From positions 1 to 41,560 of the forward strand of contig LVLI01000794.1 in NCBI GenBank assembly GCA_001687465.1: 41,560 nt of DNA. Direction: 5' to 3'. Source of the DNA: Halocafeteria seosinensis (Eukaryota). A program made the translations under genes and the position numbers. This document shows, piece by piece, positions 25,163-37,004 of the stretch. Positions within the stretch are counted from its first letter, which is position 1; each line of letters begins with the position of its first letter. The notes beneath the pieces were generated by a model that ran no database searches, was not told the DNA's origin, and worked only from the letters and a program-made list of their open reading frames with translations.

Positions 25163-25453
25163 GGCACGACTAAGCCGCGGACTCCTATAATGAGGAATGC
25201 ATGTTTGTGCCCTCGACGTGGATCGTCATGATGGATGTAGATCAATTTCGGAACTGACGGGAAAAATTGGTGTATGAGAGCTACTGGAATTAAAATTGAG
25301 AGTCGGCCCGCAGATTGGTATTTTGTTTCCGTAAAAGAGAAGCTTACATGTAGTTTCGGCGTGGATGCTATCGTCGCCAATGTGCGCCTAGTCTGAACTA
25401 GGTGCTATTTGCCCGAACCTCTACAAATGACATCAAGACGCTGACTTCTACTT

Positions 25454-28400
25454 TTACTTCCACTCGGGCTTTTCCATATCCGATGTGGGCGGTTGTATTG
25501 CCCGTGTCAACGCCATGCTTTTCGCAATTCGTTTGACATAAGTAGGCGCCTCGTGCACTTCCGGTTGAAACGTGCATTCCGCCAACTCTTCGGCCTCATT
25601 TTGGTGGAGTCGTTCTTTCATTTTATTCTCCATCATTTCTGATTCTCTTTGAAGGCGTTCCAAATAGGATGAGGGGTCTTCACGAATACGTAGCCTTCCT
25701 TCCGCTTGTCTGTAAAAACGTGAACATATCACTGAAGTGACATGGACTACAATGGAAACACTAAGAACGTACTCTGAAGCAGCACTGAGTTTTGGCTTAA
25801 ATGTCAAACCTTCCAATTCTTCTTGTTCAGCTTTCAGTCTGAGAAGACGTTGAGTGGTCTCACGCTTCAGGGCATCGCCTGTGCTCAGATCTTCGTAACT
25901 GCGGGGTGGCTTCTGCCGGCTATTGGAGTTTATCTTCGGCTGAAATGTGCATTCGGGGTCACGAGACACGGCTGCTCGTTTTGTTAGATTCTCATGTTCT
26001 CTCCGTTTTAATTCCCTGTTTATGCGATCGAGAAAGCTGCCGCCTTTGGTAGATTCCGCAAGTTTAATACTACGTCGACATAGGTTGGGAGTATAATCAG
26101 GCTGTACAACACTTAGCAAGTTATCAATCTGCACCTGATAAGAATGAAATGCATACGTTTTCTTGCTTACCTGGTGCATCTGTTTGGTTTGTTCAATGTG
26201 TTGTTTCTTGCGTTGCTCAGCTTGGTTTTGGCGGGTAAGGAACTCCTGGAATCTTCGTTCTCGTTCCTCTTTGTCAACGCTCGCTTCACTTGTCCTGCGA
26301 GTCCGGTTCCGATCCTGCTCGAGATCGTTTAAGTTCATCCTACCATCACTCGTTCCAGGAGATTCCTTATTTAGGGCATTCATAAATGTCTGCATGTCCA
26401 TGACAGGTTTCTCTTCGCTGTCACCATTAGTCTCTGAATCGTGTTTCGGCATTATGCCCCTAGATGACTGGTTCTCTCGCGGTGCAACCCGGCTAACAGA
26501 CGAACTTCGCTTTGCACGAGACAATCTGTCATAAACATTCGACTGGGTATATGCAGTTGCTGATCCCATTTCTGGCTTTACTTTGTTGATACGGGGGGCA
26601 AAGGTACATTCTTCATAGCCAACAGGTACCCGGGAACCGGAAGCGCTAGCCGGTGGAGGGGGACGACGGTCGGCCCGTGCACTAGAAGCATAAACCGCTG
26701 CGGCTTGGAGATATCGGGACTTCACAGGAGTGGCGGTACCTCTATTTGGATTCACCCGCGGCTTAAATGTACATTCCTGCAAGTCCTCAGGATCATAACG
26801 GTAGTGATCTTCGTCGCTAACATCTCGGTGGGCTTTTGGCACGGACGCACTTCGAGCTGCGGCTGATGAGTCGTGAGAATCTTCATTTGAATAGAATTGA
26901 CGGCTTCGTATCGCACCGCCAGAGGGAGTAGCGCTACGATAAAGCCTTTCATATACGTCCGAACTACCGTCAGCCTGTGCGGAGGTCACATTGCCAACAG
27001 AGTGTCTGCTTGTGGACTGTGCCAATTTCTTGGAAGCCTTGTTAACATTGGGTCGAAAGGTGCAGCTTTGAAGGCGCTCAGCTTCCTGCTCCTTACGCTT
27101 CCGTTCGGCTTCGGCCTCCTTCTGGGTGACCCATTGAGACACTCGCATTTCAAAGGGGAGATTCGCTTGTGGTTGTTTATATCCATACTGAGGAGGCAAG
27201 TCATGCACCTCGGGTTGAAACGTGCACTCTTCCCCCCTATCTTGTTCGTGTCTGACTTCTTTCTGATATGCCCGTGCTTCCGCTCTCGCTTTCGAAGCGG
27301 ATGGAGGGCCAGGTGAAGCACTCGATGTAGACCTAAACGACTTGAAAGATTGGGCTGTTCGTTCCAGTGACTTGTTTCGGCCCCGTTCAACCCAACTCGA
27401 CGCAGACTTTAGAGATGCTGATGGCTCACCATTTTGATTCATCCGTTTACCCATGTTCGAGAAACCTGAGGCAGACATAAACGACTTCGAAGTTTGCGCA
27501 GAGCGTTCAGGAAGTCCTTGTCGCGAGGCGCGGGCGTCTGCTCGAGCTTTCATCGCAGAAGGAGGGCCGCCCACCGGAGTTGTAGCTACTCTTGTGGAAC
27601 CACGGGAAGAAGGAACCGCCGATTTAGGTCGCTTAGAGCTACTGCTCTCCTCTTGTTCGGGTCTCTGGGTATCCACGGGTGGTGGCCGCGCCCTGGTTGG
27701 AGGATCAGGTGGGCGCATTGAATATTTGGTTGACATCGAAGGTTTCGTATCGGCGGCAGCCCTAGAGCCTTGCACTGCAGTCGAACTAGTACCGACCACT
27801 TCTGAGTCATTTTGAGCCTTCTCAGGTGACTCCGTATATTCAGCCATATGTTTACTAACAGCAGTTGACACAGCCTGCTTAACTGAATGGGTGATATTCG
27901 CAATCTCCTCTGAGCTGACAGTCCGCTGAGTAGGACCTGCCGAACCTCTACTGCGTTCCGGTGAGCGCCCACTAGTCTCAAGGGCAGCAGAGCTGGGAGT
28001 ATCGGAATCACTGTGGCAGCACAACAATGACAGATATAAGAAACATTACTATATCCGGATTTACAAGGAAATTACCCACTTTGGTTGGTTCGCAGCGTTC
28101 GCCAGACTTGCCCCTCTTGAGAGATCTCTCTCATCCCCAGGCTTCTCAGAAGGCCCCCCTCTGTTTTGTTCTCGAGATCGCCGCTTTTCTTGTACCAGTT
28201 TCTGCATTCAACCAGCACAAGTAATTTTCAATAAACAAAAATCGATGCAAACTATCATGAAAGAATTAGAAGAGAACCATGCTTTCCCCTTACCTGAATA
28301 ACCTGCCTCCTTTCATTGACACTCTTTGAAGCTAAATTGCCGTAGGAACGAGGGGACGATAGTCCTTTAGGTTCTTCCTTTTCATGTATTGGAGACGTCC

Positions 28401-28713
28401 TTACGGGGACGTCTCTCTTTGGTGCGTGTTGAGCTCCATCGTCTTCTGGCGAGGTTCTACTCCCGGGGCTCCTTCCTAATTGAGCAGAACTCTGGGGTCG
28501 TTGCAGACTCGTCTGGGCTGTGCTTACTCGTGGGGACGTGGAATCAACTTCTGCTGTGGTTGCTGAGGCCGCGGCGGGCCTGGATGCTGGCTGAAGGTCT
28601 GCTAGGCGTTGGAATAACTCGCTCTTGGTAATCTTCCCCTGCTTCAGTTGATGAACTAAGCCTGATATGTATGTTTGCTTCTGGCTAGACCCAGAGGATC
28701 CCTCAGCTGACAT
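25454..28713 (-). CDS. Large low-complexity protein with repeated (E)CTF[KQRA]P motifs, probably microtubule/cytoskeleton-associated
   Basis: Exon 1 (28294-28713) is spliced via ~28076-28201 into the long ORF, with in-frame introns 26102-26170 and 25710-25772. Repeats are EECTFQP, QSCTFRP, QECTFKP, EECTFAP, PECTFQP, EGLTFKP and AECTFQP. Confidence 0.75.
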
Positions 28714-29697
28714 TTTGGAATCCCTTTGTTACTATTTTAACAGCTCTCCCTGGTCTGTGCTAAGCGTATACTCCATTACGTTGGGGAGCGCTTATATCAC
28801 AACTCTCCGAGGGCTTGGTCTGCAGCGAATCCGCAGTATGGACAAACACGTTGGGTGAAACTCAAGCAACACCCGCATGATGGCAAACCGCATTGTCGGA
28901 AAGGGGACACATTGACTAACAACAAAGGCAACAACATCTAAACCAGGAGTATGGTCACCTTCTGCAGCCTCCTGGAATCGACAAGAGTAGGCGGTTTACT
29001 GCCGCCTGGTAACTCGGCTGGAAGAACGCGCAACGAACCGCACGCTTCTGGCGCTCTCCCGTGTTACTTCCCTCTTTGCTCAGCCCTTCACACTGACGAG
29101 TGGACTTTCCTAATAGCCATAGCGCCACAGAGCGTACCACCATGGTTGCTTTGACGAGGGGTCATCTTGTAGCGTCTATTGCGCGATTGTAGAAGGTTAA
29201 CGGTCTCCTGGCCCCTTTGGCTTCTTGGTGAGGGCGCCGCATTCCATGTTTTCTAATTCAAGAATCAGGAGAACCACAAATACAAACGAGGAGTTATAAA
29301 ATGCAACCATGCCGTATATGGGGCGCAAAATACGCTATTCACTCGGAAAGAAGCCGTGTATACACCAGAGGGGTCCAAAGGAGACCACTATCCAAAACTC
29401 CATACTTACCACACCCTTTTCGCATCCAGGCAGAGAGGTTACTGATTGACCCTCTACAGCTATATGTTGGGTACAAATACACTCACTTTGCGGTGTATGC
29501 GAGACGCATGAGCCTCGATCACCCACTCAATCAAGATAGTAAATTCCGGGCCGAGCGCCCGGATTTTTCGGTCCGGGAGGTCATGGCATCAGCTAGACTG
29601 TGCACGCCATGTAGTGGATAATCGCATCATATCAGTTTGATGGCGTTGATAATTTTGATTGCGTTGTGTCTGTCAAACCCTGGTATCGGTCTGTGCA

Positions 29698-31272
29698 ATG
29701 AGAAGGGCGACGAACCAATTACGGTCCTGGGGGACATGTGCCTTCAGGACACATTCACATAACACTATACAGCAGCAATTCCGATGGAGGAGTTCCTTGG
29801 CTCGACAGCGATTGAAAGAGCGCAATAAAAGACCTCTTCCCTATCATCGCCGTCAGGCGCTGCGAAAAGGTAGGTTGTATTGAGCGTACGCGAAGTAGTG
29901 GTGCACGTCTGATTTAGTCCTGCTGTCCTTTATCATATGCTGCAGTCGAGACTGTGCGTCCGGAAAAATCATTGTCTGGGCATATTATCACGAGCGTCAA
30001 CCACCCGGAACTACTGGAGAAACACATCAACCGAGCCAACGCCCTTGGTACGAAACATGGCGTGGCACAACAGGTGGCCGAATTTGATACAGCCGCTGCG
30101 AAGTTCCCTAACCCTCCTGCTGTTGTGTCTTGCACGTGAGTACATTGAAATGCGTTCATTTCCTACGTGTGCAAGAGGTTTTGACTTGCTTTGTGGTTAT
30201 CTCACAGAATCCTTGAACGTAGTAATATCATCTTCCGAGAAATGGAAGAGTGGGAGTCGAATTTCCATGAAGTTGCGCAGCGAAGAGAAGAAGAACTTAG
30301 TTACGTACGTTGTATTTGCCACATGCACTTGGATTAGATTATTTTTGCATCATCCCATTCTTCTTTATTTATCTTTGGTATGCCAGGAATACCCAAAAGA
30401 ATTCTGGGGATCATATGGCCTAGAAGACCGAGATGAGAAGAAAGAGAATACCAAAGAAGCAGCTGAACGCTTAGGAATCGAATCTACCAACACACAATCG
30501 GAGATGTTCCATGATCTTGAACGCTATGACGTAGACGATAGGTATGCTGCTTGCGTACGCGATACTACAGACTTTCATCTCTCTCAAGTCATCGGACAAA
30601 CAACCACTGCAGTGAAACGGTGTCCTCGGCGCATTGGAGACCAGCTCCTCGGGAAACTGAGGCCGACCAGATAAATGATACAAGGTCTCTCGACCGATTG
30701 CTTGGTCACCGCTTAGTATTATTAGTTAGAAAGAAGAGCGATGGCAGATGGGTGTTACCTGGAGGCATACGAAGCGGTGGAGAGCGAATGGTTGACGCTG
30801 CAGAACGGACACTTCATACCACGTTAGGAAACGACATTATCCCATGGTACCCGGGCAATGCCCCAATGGGATTCTGGCTCAATCCTTACGACGAGAAGAA
30901 GCAACAAGAACTACAGTGCTACGGAGAAAAAATGTTCTTTTACCGTGCGGAAATATTGAACGGAAAAGTAAAACTGCAGACGAGTAAGTAGAAGTTGTAG
31001 ACAGGTAGTGTGGCAGATTGATTCAAATCGATTGTTTGGTTGCAGCCCAAGATGAGGACTTGGAAGGACAAGGCTGCGAGGAATATGATGACTTTATTTG
31101 GTTGACACGAGATGAAGTTTTAGAAAAGAAGCTACTCGATCCTCCTTTCGATGAGTATGTCCATGGCATATTCGGTAGATCGGTCGCTGAAGAAAAGGAT
31201 AGAAGGGATAAGGCGCGAGGGAAAAGCAGCAATACAGAAGAATCTGCGTCTACCGAAGCTGTGGCGGAATAA
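29698..31272 (+). CDS. MRPL46: Mitochondrial ribosomal protein L46 (mL46, NUDIX-like fold), multi-exon
   Basis: Arg-rich presequence-like N-terminus, then ILER, PAPRETEADQINDTRSLDRLLGHRLVLLV...WVLP, PWYPGNAPMG, KMFFYRAE and YDDFIWLTRDEV. Confidence 0.85.
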
Positions 31273-31600
31273 TCTGTAGGTTGCTGCAGTTGCACAGCTG
31301 CTTAACTGGCATCCTGCGAAAGGAATTACAATCAATCCACTCTTGCGATAAGGAACTTGTCCAGTTAGCAACGCACGTACCAGTCAACACTTCATTAATA
31401 ATAAATCACACATCAGCTCCACACTGCACCGCGCTCTTACCCGTCATGAGCTTCGGGCGCCTCCGCCTCCGCTTCCCAACGAGTCTCTAGAGTATGGATG
31501 CGGAAGTTGGCTATCTGTCACATTTGTGTGTGTGAGTATGCAAGCATTAGAAACCCACACTAAGGAAAAAACAAAACATTTTGTAGGCTAACAAAGCTAG

Positions 31601-33005
31601 TTAGGGTTTCCCTGGAGGTCCAGTTTGGCTATTTCCGAACACTCCTGTGCCCCGAATGCGAATGTCAGAGAGACCATCGCCATTAACATCTCCTAAGCCT
31701 GGGACTGTACTTGAATAAAATTCCGTCAAACGATGAGTTTCTGGGCGCAAAGGGGCCACTTTGTCCATATATAAGGTAGTTGAAACACTTTTCTCCGTCT
31801 GCGTCTGTACTCCCCCTAATCGTCGACGAAAGGATGTCGTCGTACTTGTCTCCGTTAAAATCACCGACACCGATGGCCGAGAATGTCGTCGACGTGTTCA
31901 ACGGTGCTCGTACTCGAGTCCCATTCGAGCCGTCTAAGTATGTAACGTCAATAACTTCAGGCAGACCGTTCTGATTCCCAAAAATAATCGACAGATGTGG
32001 ACTTTCCAGTTGACTACAGTTTAAGCAAGCTGCACTCAGGTCGTTCACACCATCACCATTGAAATCTCCTACTTTTCTCAGTTCTAGCGGAAGGATACTG
32101 GACCAAGTGCTTTCAAACACGCGGGTCGTATTTAAGTCACTAAGATTGAGAATTCCTCTCACGGGAGGGACACACCCATAGATAATATATCCAGAATCCA
32201 GGGCAATATCATCAAAACCATCTCCGTTAACATCGCCTAAGGGGAACGTGTACGCCTATCGCCCGGTTCTTACCTACACACTGTACTTGTAGTTGAAATC
32301 CGTCCGTTCCATTAAAGGTTGAAGAGTTGAGAACCGGGTACTGTCGATGCCCCTTCCCGTATATCAAGAATAATGCCGAATACGAGCCCACTAATATATC
32401 TTCGAGTCCATCGTTATTGAAATCACCTGCTCCTTGAACCCTATTACCCCCAGCAACGAAGAACCCGTCTGCTCCATTTAAATCGGAAACATTTACACTT
32501 CTCTTTTGCTGCGCAGTGCCATATATGATGGCGGCACCCGGCGAAGCCATAAGCATCAAGTCATCAAATCCATCCCCGTTGACGTCGCCAGAAGGGAGAC
32601 TAAGTTCCTCACGAGCATATGGCTTCCGCATTCGGGTTCGAGGGTACCCGAACCGGCTTCCTGAAATCAATTTCGAATTCCAGTCTTCGCCCACAAGAAC
32701 GGTTTCTGGAAAGTGACGACGGCCAAGATATACTTCAGGTGACCATTGCTTTGTCATTGTCATGAAATCTGAAAATCCATCTCCATTTAAATCACCAAAT
32801 GGGAACGACGGCGTTACGACGCCCACTTCCCGGTACCCCAGACTCTAAGCTTAAAGCCCCCGAGAAAGCTCTCATTTCCTGGTATTGCATCCAAGTTGAC
32901 AGTGGTGTAGGCACAGCTAGAAACAGCCGCTGGAACTAGACAGGCGAGGAATACAAGCACGGCTGCCAATTTCCAGTTATAATCGTGGGCAGCCCCTTTT
33001 AGCAT
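31601..33005 (-). pseudogene. Secreted FG-GAP (integrin-alpha-like beta-propeller) repeat gene, copy A, three frameshifts
   Basis: Signal peptide (KLAAVLVFLACLVPAAVSS) and seven GD[VLF]N[GN]D motifs. Frame breaks at ~32830, ~32250 and ~31705. No usable introns. Confidence 0.75.
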
Positions 33006-33183
33006 TATGAATGTATTCTTTTGATGATCTTTTAAAGCGTAAACGGCCAACTTAAGGCAACCTTGTTTATTTTGACTGGCTTGTTGACTTTTGTTCTTGG
33101 GCAAGCCAAAAGAATTATGTACAGTACCTGGTATCTAGATCTCAGCTCTTAGAGGATTCGGTGGTTTTACCGTTGCAGCCTCA

Positions 33184-33562
33184 CACTCCCTTTGATACTC
33201 CCCATTGTCCAGTACCCTCGGGGATACTCCCTTGAATCTCCCCATTGTCGGATAGTATCCCATACGCTCGAGGTACTCCCTTTGATTTTCCCTTTGTCCG
33301 ATACCCTCAGAAGTACTCCCTTTGATTCCCCCCTCCGATATCCTCGGAGGTACTCCCTTTGATTCTCCCCTCCGATATCCTCGGAGGTACTCCCTTTGAT
33401 TCTCCCCATTGTCTGATACCCTCGGAGGTACTCGCTTTGATTCCGTGTCCGATACTCTCGAGGGTACTCCCTTTGATTCTCCCCTTGTCCCATACCCTCG
33501 GTACTGCCTTTGATTTTCCCTCTGCCCGATCCCCTCGGAGGTACTTTCTTGAATTTTCCCTG
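33184..33562. repeat. Minisatellite, ~10 degenerate copies of a ~36-40-nt unit (consensus TACTCCCTTTGATTCTCCCCTCCGATATCCTCGGAGG)
   Basis: The core CTCCCTTTGATT/CTTGAAT recurs near 33190, 33230, 33280, 33320, 33358, 33395, 33436, 33472, 33508 and 33548. The + strand is strongly pyrimidine-biased. Confidence 0.92.
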
Positions 33563-33763
33563 CGTGGGCGGTCAAATCTCCCACCGAATCACCATAATTG
33601 AAGATTCGGATACAGTTGTTATGCAGGTCTCCAACTATCAGTGTGGTATTGAATACATCGCTGCAAAATTTCAGGGTGCCGTTGAGTGCAAAAGCGTCTA
33701 GGTGTGTTTCAAACTTCTATGCACGAGCACACAGCTATCATACACAGCAGTGAAGAAAAGGAA

Positions 33764-35240
33764 ATGTTCGACACTTGCTTGGACGCGAATCATTCCCGAG
33801 CAAAAGCCAGGATTTGCGTGGTTTTCACGCGTTTACTTTTGCTCTATCTCACGACGGCTGGGTGTGTGTGCCAAGCTTACACCACGGTTAGCTTAAAGTC
33901 TATCCGGTGTACCACGAGAGCGAGCTTGAAGGCTTCGCCTTCTCGGTTGAGGGCCTTTCCGATGGTACCAATCGCCTGTAGGTGATGTCAATGGCGATGG
34001 GATTGATGACTTCATGACCGTTCAGGGTGCCTCACATGGATGCGCCTATGTCTTCTTGGGCCGGAGTTCTTTCCCGGAACATGTGGTGGGAAACGAGGAC
34101 TGGAATTGGAAAATATGTCCGAACACCCACAACCTGACCATAAGTTTTTCGGAACGTGCATTCAGTGGCCAGCTACCTGTCGGAGACGTAAACGGAGATG
34201 GTTTTAATGATCTGCTTCTTGGGGCGTCGAATGATCAATTTCTGTGGCTCCCGTCAATGGCATTTGTTGTGTATGGCTCCCCATCGGTCAAACGGAGCAT
34301 TTACCTTGACAATCTAAATGGAACTAACGGCTTCAGTATCGTAGGTGAATGTCAAAGTTTCATGGGTGTCGGTGACTTTAACAATGATCGAATCGATGAC
34401 ATTTTGATAGTTAAGAGTCTTCGGCTCCCCCACACGCGTACGCTTTCTCTGGTTTATGGCAAGCGCGAAAGGAACCAATCCAAAATTAATGCATCAAAAA
34501 TAGACGCAACAGAGGGGTTTATAATAAAAGACTTCGAAGAACCTTCACCCGATCAAGTTAGTGGGAACATGGAAAGTGCTCTGGGGGATGTCAATGGAGA
34601 TGGTTTCCATGATGTTGCAATTGACGGATACATTGTTTACGGTTGCTCTCCACCAATTAAAGGGTCTCCCAATGTTCTTAGTTTCGCCGATTTTAACACG
34701 AGCAAGGTTTTCGCAAAAAATGATTCTGGGTACCCTGAGATTTTGAAAATGCGCACCGCAGGGGATTTCAATGGCGACGGTGTGGATGACCTGGTTGCCA
34801 CCTCTCCGGCATACAACCCTAGCAAATATGTAAGAGGAAAATTTTTCATTATTTTTGGGTCCCGAAAGGAGCTTCCGGCGTGTGTTGATGTTGGTTTCTT
34901 GGACGGATCGAACGGGACTAGAGTTACGACACCAATTGCCCCAAACTCTCCACTTTGGGCTATTGGGATAGGTGACTTCAATGGGGATAACTACGACGAC
35001 ATTTTGACGAACCAATGGCCTAGCACCAATTGGACTTCCAGCAATTGTCTGATTTTTGGGAAGAGCAATTCTTTCCTACGCGAGGAGCCAAATTTTGATG
35101 GATATTTGTTTTGGTATGGTGATTCTGATTGGGGTAATCTTGTAGGCTTAGGAGACGTAAATAATGATGGGCTCGCCGATATTCGCATCCGCGGAACCGG
35201 TGTTTTCGGAAAGAAAGGAGCGACTTCAAATGAGAACTAA
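33764..35240 (+). pseudogene. Secreted FG-GAP repeat gene, copy B; two 5' frameshifts, then a long open frame
   Basis: Signal-like N-terminus and AYTTVSL (copy A has AYTTVNL). Shifts at ~33903 and ~33972, then seven GDxN[GN]D motifs ending in DIRIRGTGVFG, which is shared with copy A. Confidence 0.75.
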
Positions 35241-35381
35241 GGCCGATGCTTACGGGTCAAAACAACAAAAACGAAACTGGGTTGGTTTTCTTTCTTGGAT
35301 TAAGTAGGCGTCTTACGGCACATTTGTTTGCTACAAAATATTCTTGATTTTCGTTTTTTCCACGAAAATCGACCACACTGT

Positions 35382-36607
35382 TTACATATCAGGATCAGGT
35401 TGGTAGCCCCATACTAGGGTTACTGATCCGTTACAAAGCGAGTTGAATGAGTTGGCCGAGTTTATATACTCTTTCATAGCTGGTTGTTTCCAACCTCCGA
35501 AAGTAGTGAAATTGGCGAATGATGGGACACCATCCGGATACTCATTCCAAAGAGGATAGCTGGAGCCTCCGTCCCAGTGCCCCAACATAGACGTCCAGGA
35601 AGCATTGTTCGTTCTCACACCTATGCTTTGCTGGTGGTCTTCTAGAGTTTTGGTCAAGTTACCAAACCAGTACCTGTTACGCCCAAAGGTACTTATGGCT
35701 AACTGATTTATCCATACTCGCTGCGCTACATAATATACGTGTCAATGGAAACTTATCCTAGTTGAGCTACAAACGTTTCTGTATTGCACTTTACTTACAC
35801 CGTAAGTGTACGGAGGTTCGGATCCAGACGATATACTATGATTGGACAAGAAATTTATAAGCTCAGTGGTATTTCCAAAAGAGGTGTCCAAGAAAGTGAT
35901 ATCCACATTCTGTAAAGGCCACGGTGGCAGTCATAGAGGCTCTATCGCTTACCCTAAGTGTGCTAGACACTTACACTCATTCCCGCTTTCCAAGCTGTAG
36001 ACAAGCCAGTTTTAGTTCACCAAATAAAATTGTGAGCACAACTGTAATCACAACAATAGACACCTCTACTGCGCACCTTTCACAATCTGTCTGGGACAGC
36101 TTAGAGGAAATCCACCCGCACCATAAGCTTCGCAAGCGATGAAGGCCATCGTAACGCCGTGCTGCTTCATACACGTGAGGACCTGCGGAGGCATCATTAA
36201 AAGGGTTGTTGACACATAGCACAGTCAAACAGTTTACTCAAACCACTCTCAACGCCATCGGATTGAGTATTTTTAAATTTTATTTTTTTAGCTTTGTCTC
36301 ATATCCATAAATGTGATTCGGACTAAGAATCTCACAGTCCTTGTAGAAACTTTATAATGCCAGACTACCAGGTACTATCGTGGAACACAATATCCACGCG
36401 CCTCAGTGACTTACTTTGTCGGACACGTAGCCGCTGCAATTTCAATCGTATCATGTATTACTATTCTTCTCCTACTAGCATGCTTTTCAAATGAGTCAGG
36501 ACTTACCCCAGATATACCCCTGTTTGAGGTGGAACTGTAGCAACTCCTGTAGCTCCCAAGAGGGCGGCATTCAGTGCGATAAGTAAAGCAAAGTTCGAGG
36601 ACGTCAT
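35382..36607 (-). CDS. Secreted GH25/amoeba-type lysozyme-like protein, copy C; exons 36507-36607, 36415-36433, 36077-36182, 35975-35994, 35799-35909, 35382-35720
   Basis: Five GT-AG introns give one open frame: signal peptide, CMKQHG...C...AWKAGMS.VDI...RVWINQL...IGVRT...W...YPLW...DGVPSFANFTTFGGWKQPAMKEY. The C-terminal block is typical of Entamoeba/Dictyostelium/nematode-type lysozymes. Confidence 0.8.
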
Positions 36608-37004
36608 GATGAAATGCCAAACGAACAGGGCGATTGCTGTTTTCGTACTCTGTACTTGCGGTAGGTCTCTACTAGACTCTCTAGTACACAACACTTCTGC
36701 AATGGTGCAAACCATTATATTCTGGTCTCAATGCAACATCCCTCACAGCGTAGAACAAATAGCGGAGAACACTCGCAAATCTGAAACCGTTTGCAGAATG
36801 TTCTCCAAATTTTGAGCTAGCTACTAAGGTGCATTCAATGCATTGAACAAGGTATGTTACAGCACAGGACCAGATAGGCATTAGCTGGTACCGGCACGTG
36901 CGTGAGTATTTTTAACATAGTGCCATCGTAAGCACAAGTTAATCATGCTAAATTGTAATGCTGTGCACAAACAGAAACCATTGAGTGTGAGGGAGTACGA
37001 CACG

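Noticed and set aside
29402..29565. U1 snRNA candidate (ATACTTACC start, ~164 nt, terminal hairpin)
   Set aside because: It lacks the ACCTG continuation, the AUUGCAC U1A loop and a proper Sm site. The motif is better explained as a minus-strand GTAAGTAT splice donor.
32825..32836. 11-nt GT-AG micro-intron that would repair FG-GAP copy A
   Set aside because: It is far below the ~60-nt minimum seen for other introns here, and the other frameshifts have no equivalent.
33184..33562. CRISPR-like array
   Set aside because: The segments between cores are short and homologous to each other rather than unique spacers. There are no cas genes and the context is eukaryotic.
33135..33601. Repetitive ORFs over the minisatellite
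   Set aside because: They are translations of the tandem repeat in several frames, with no coding signature.
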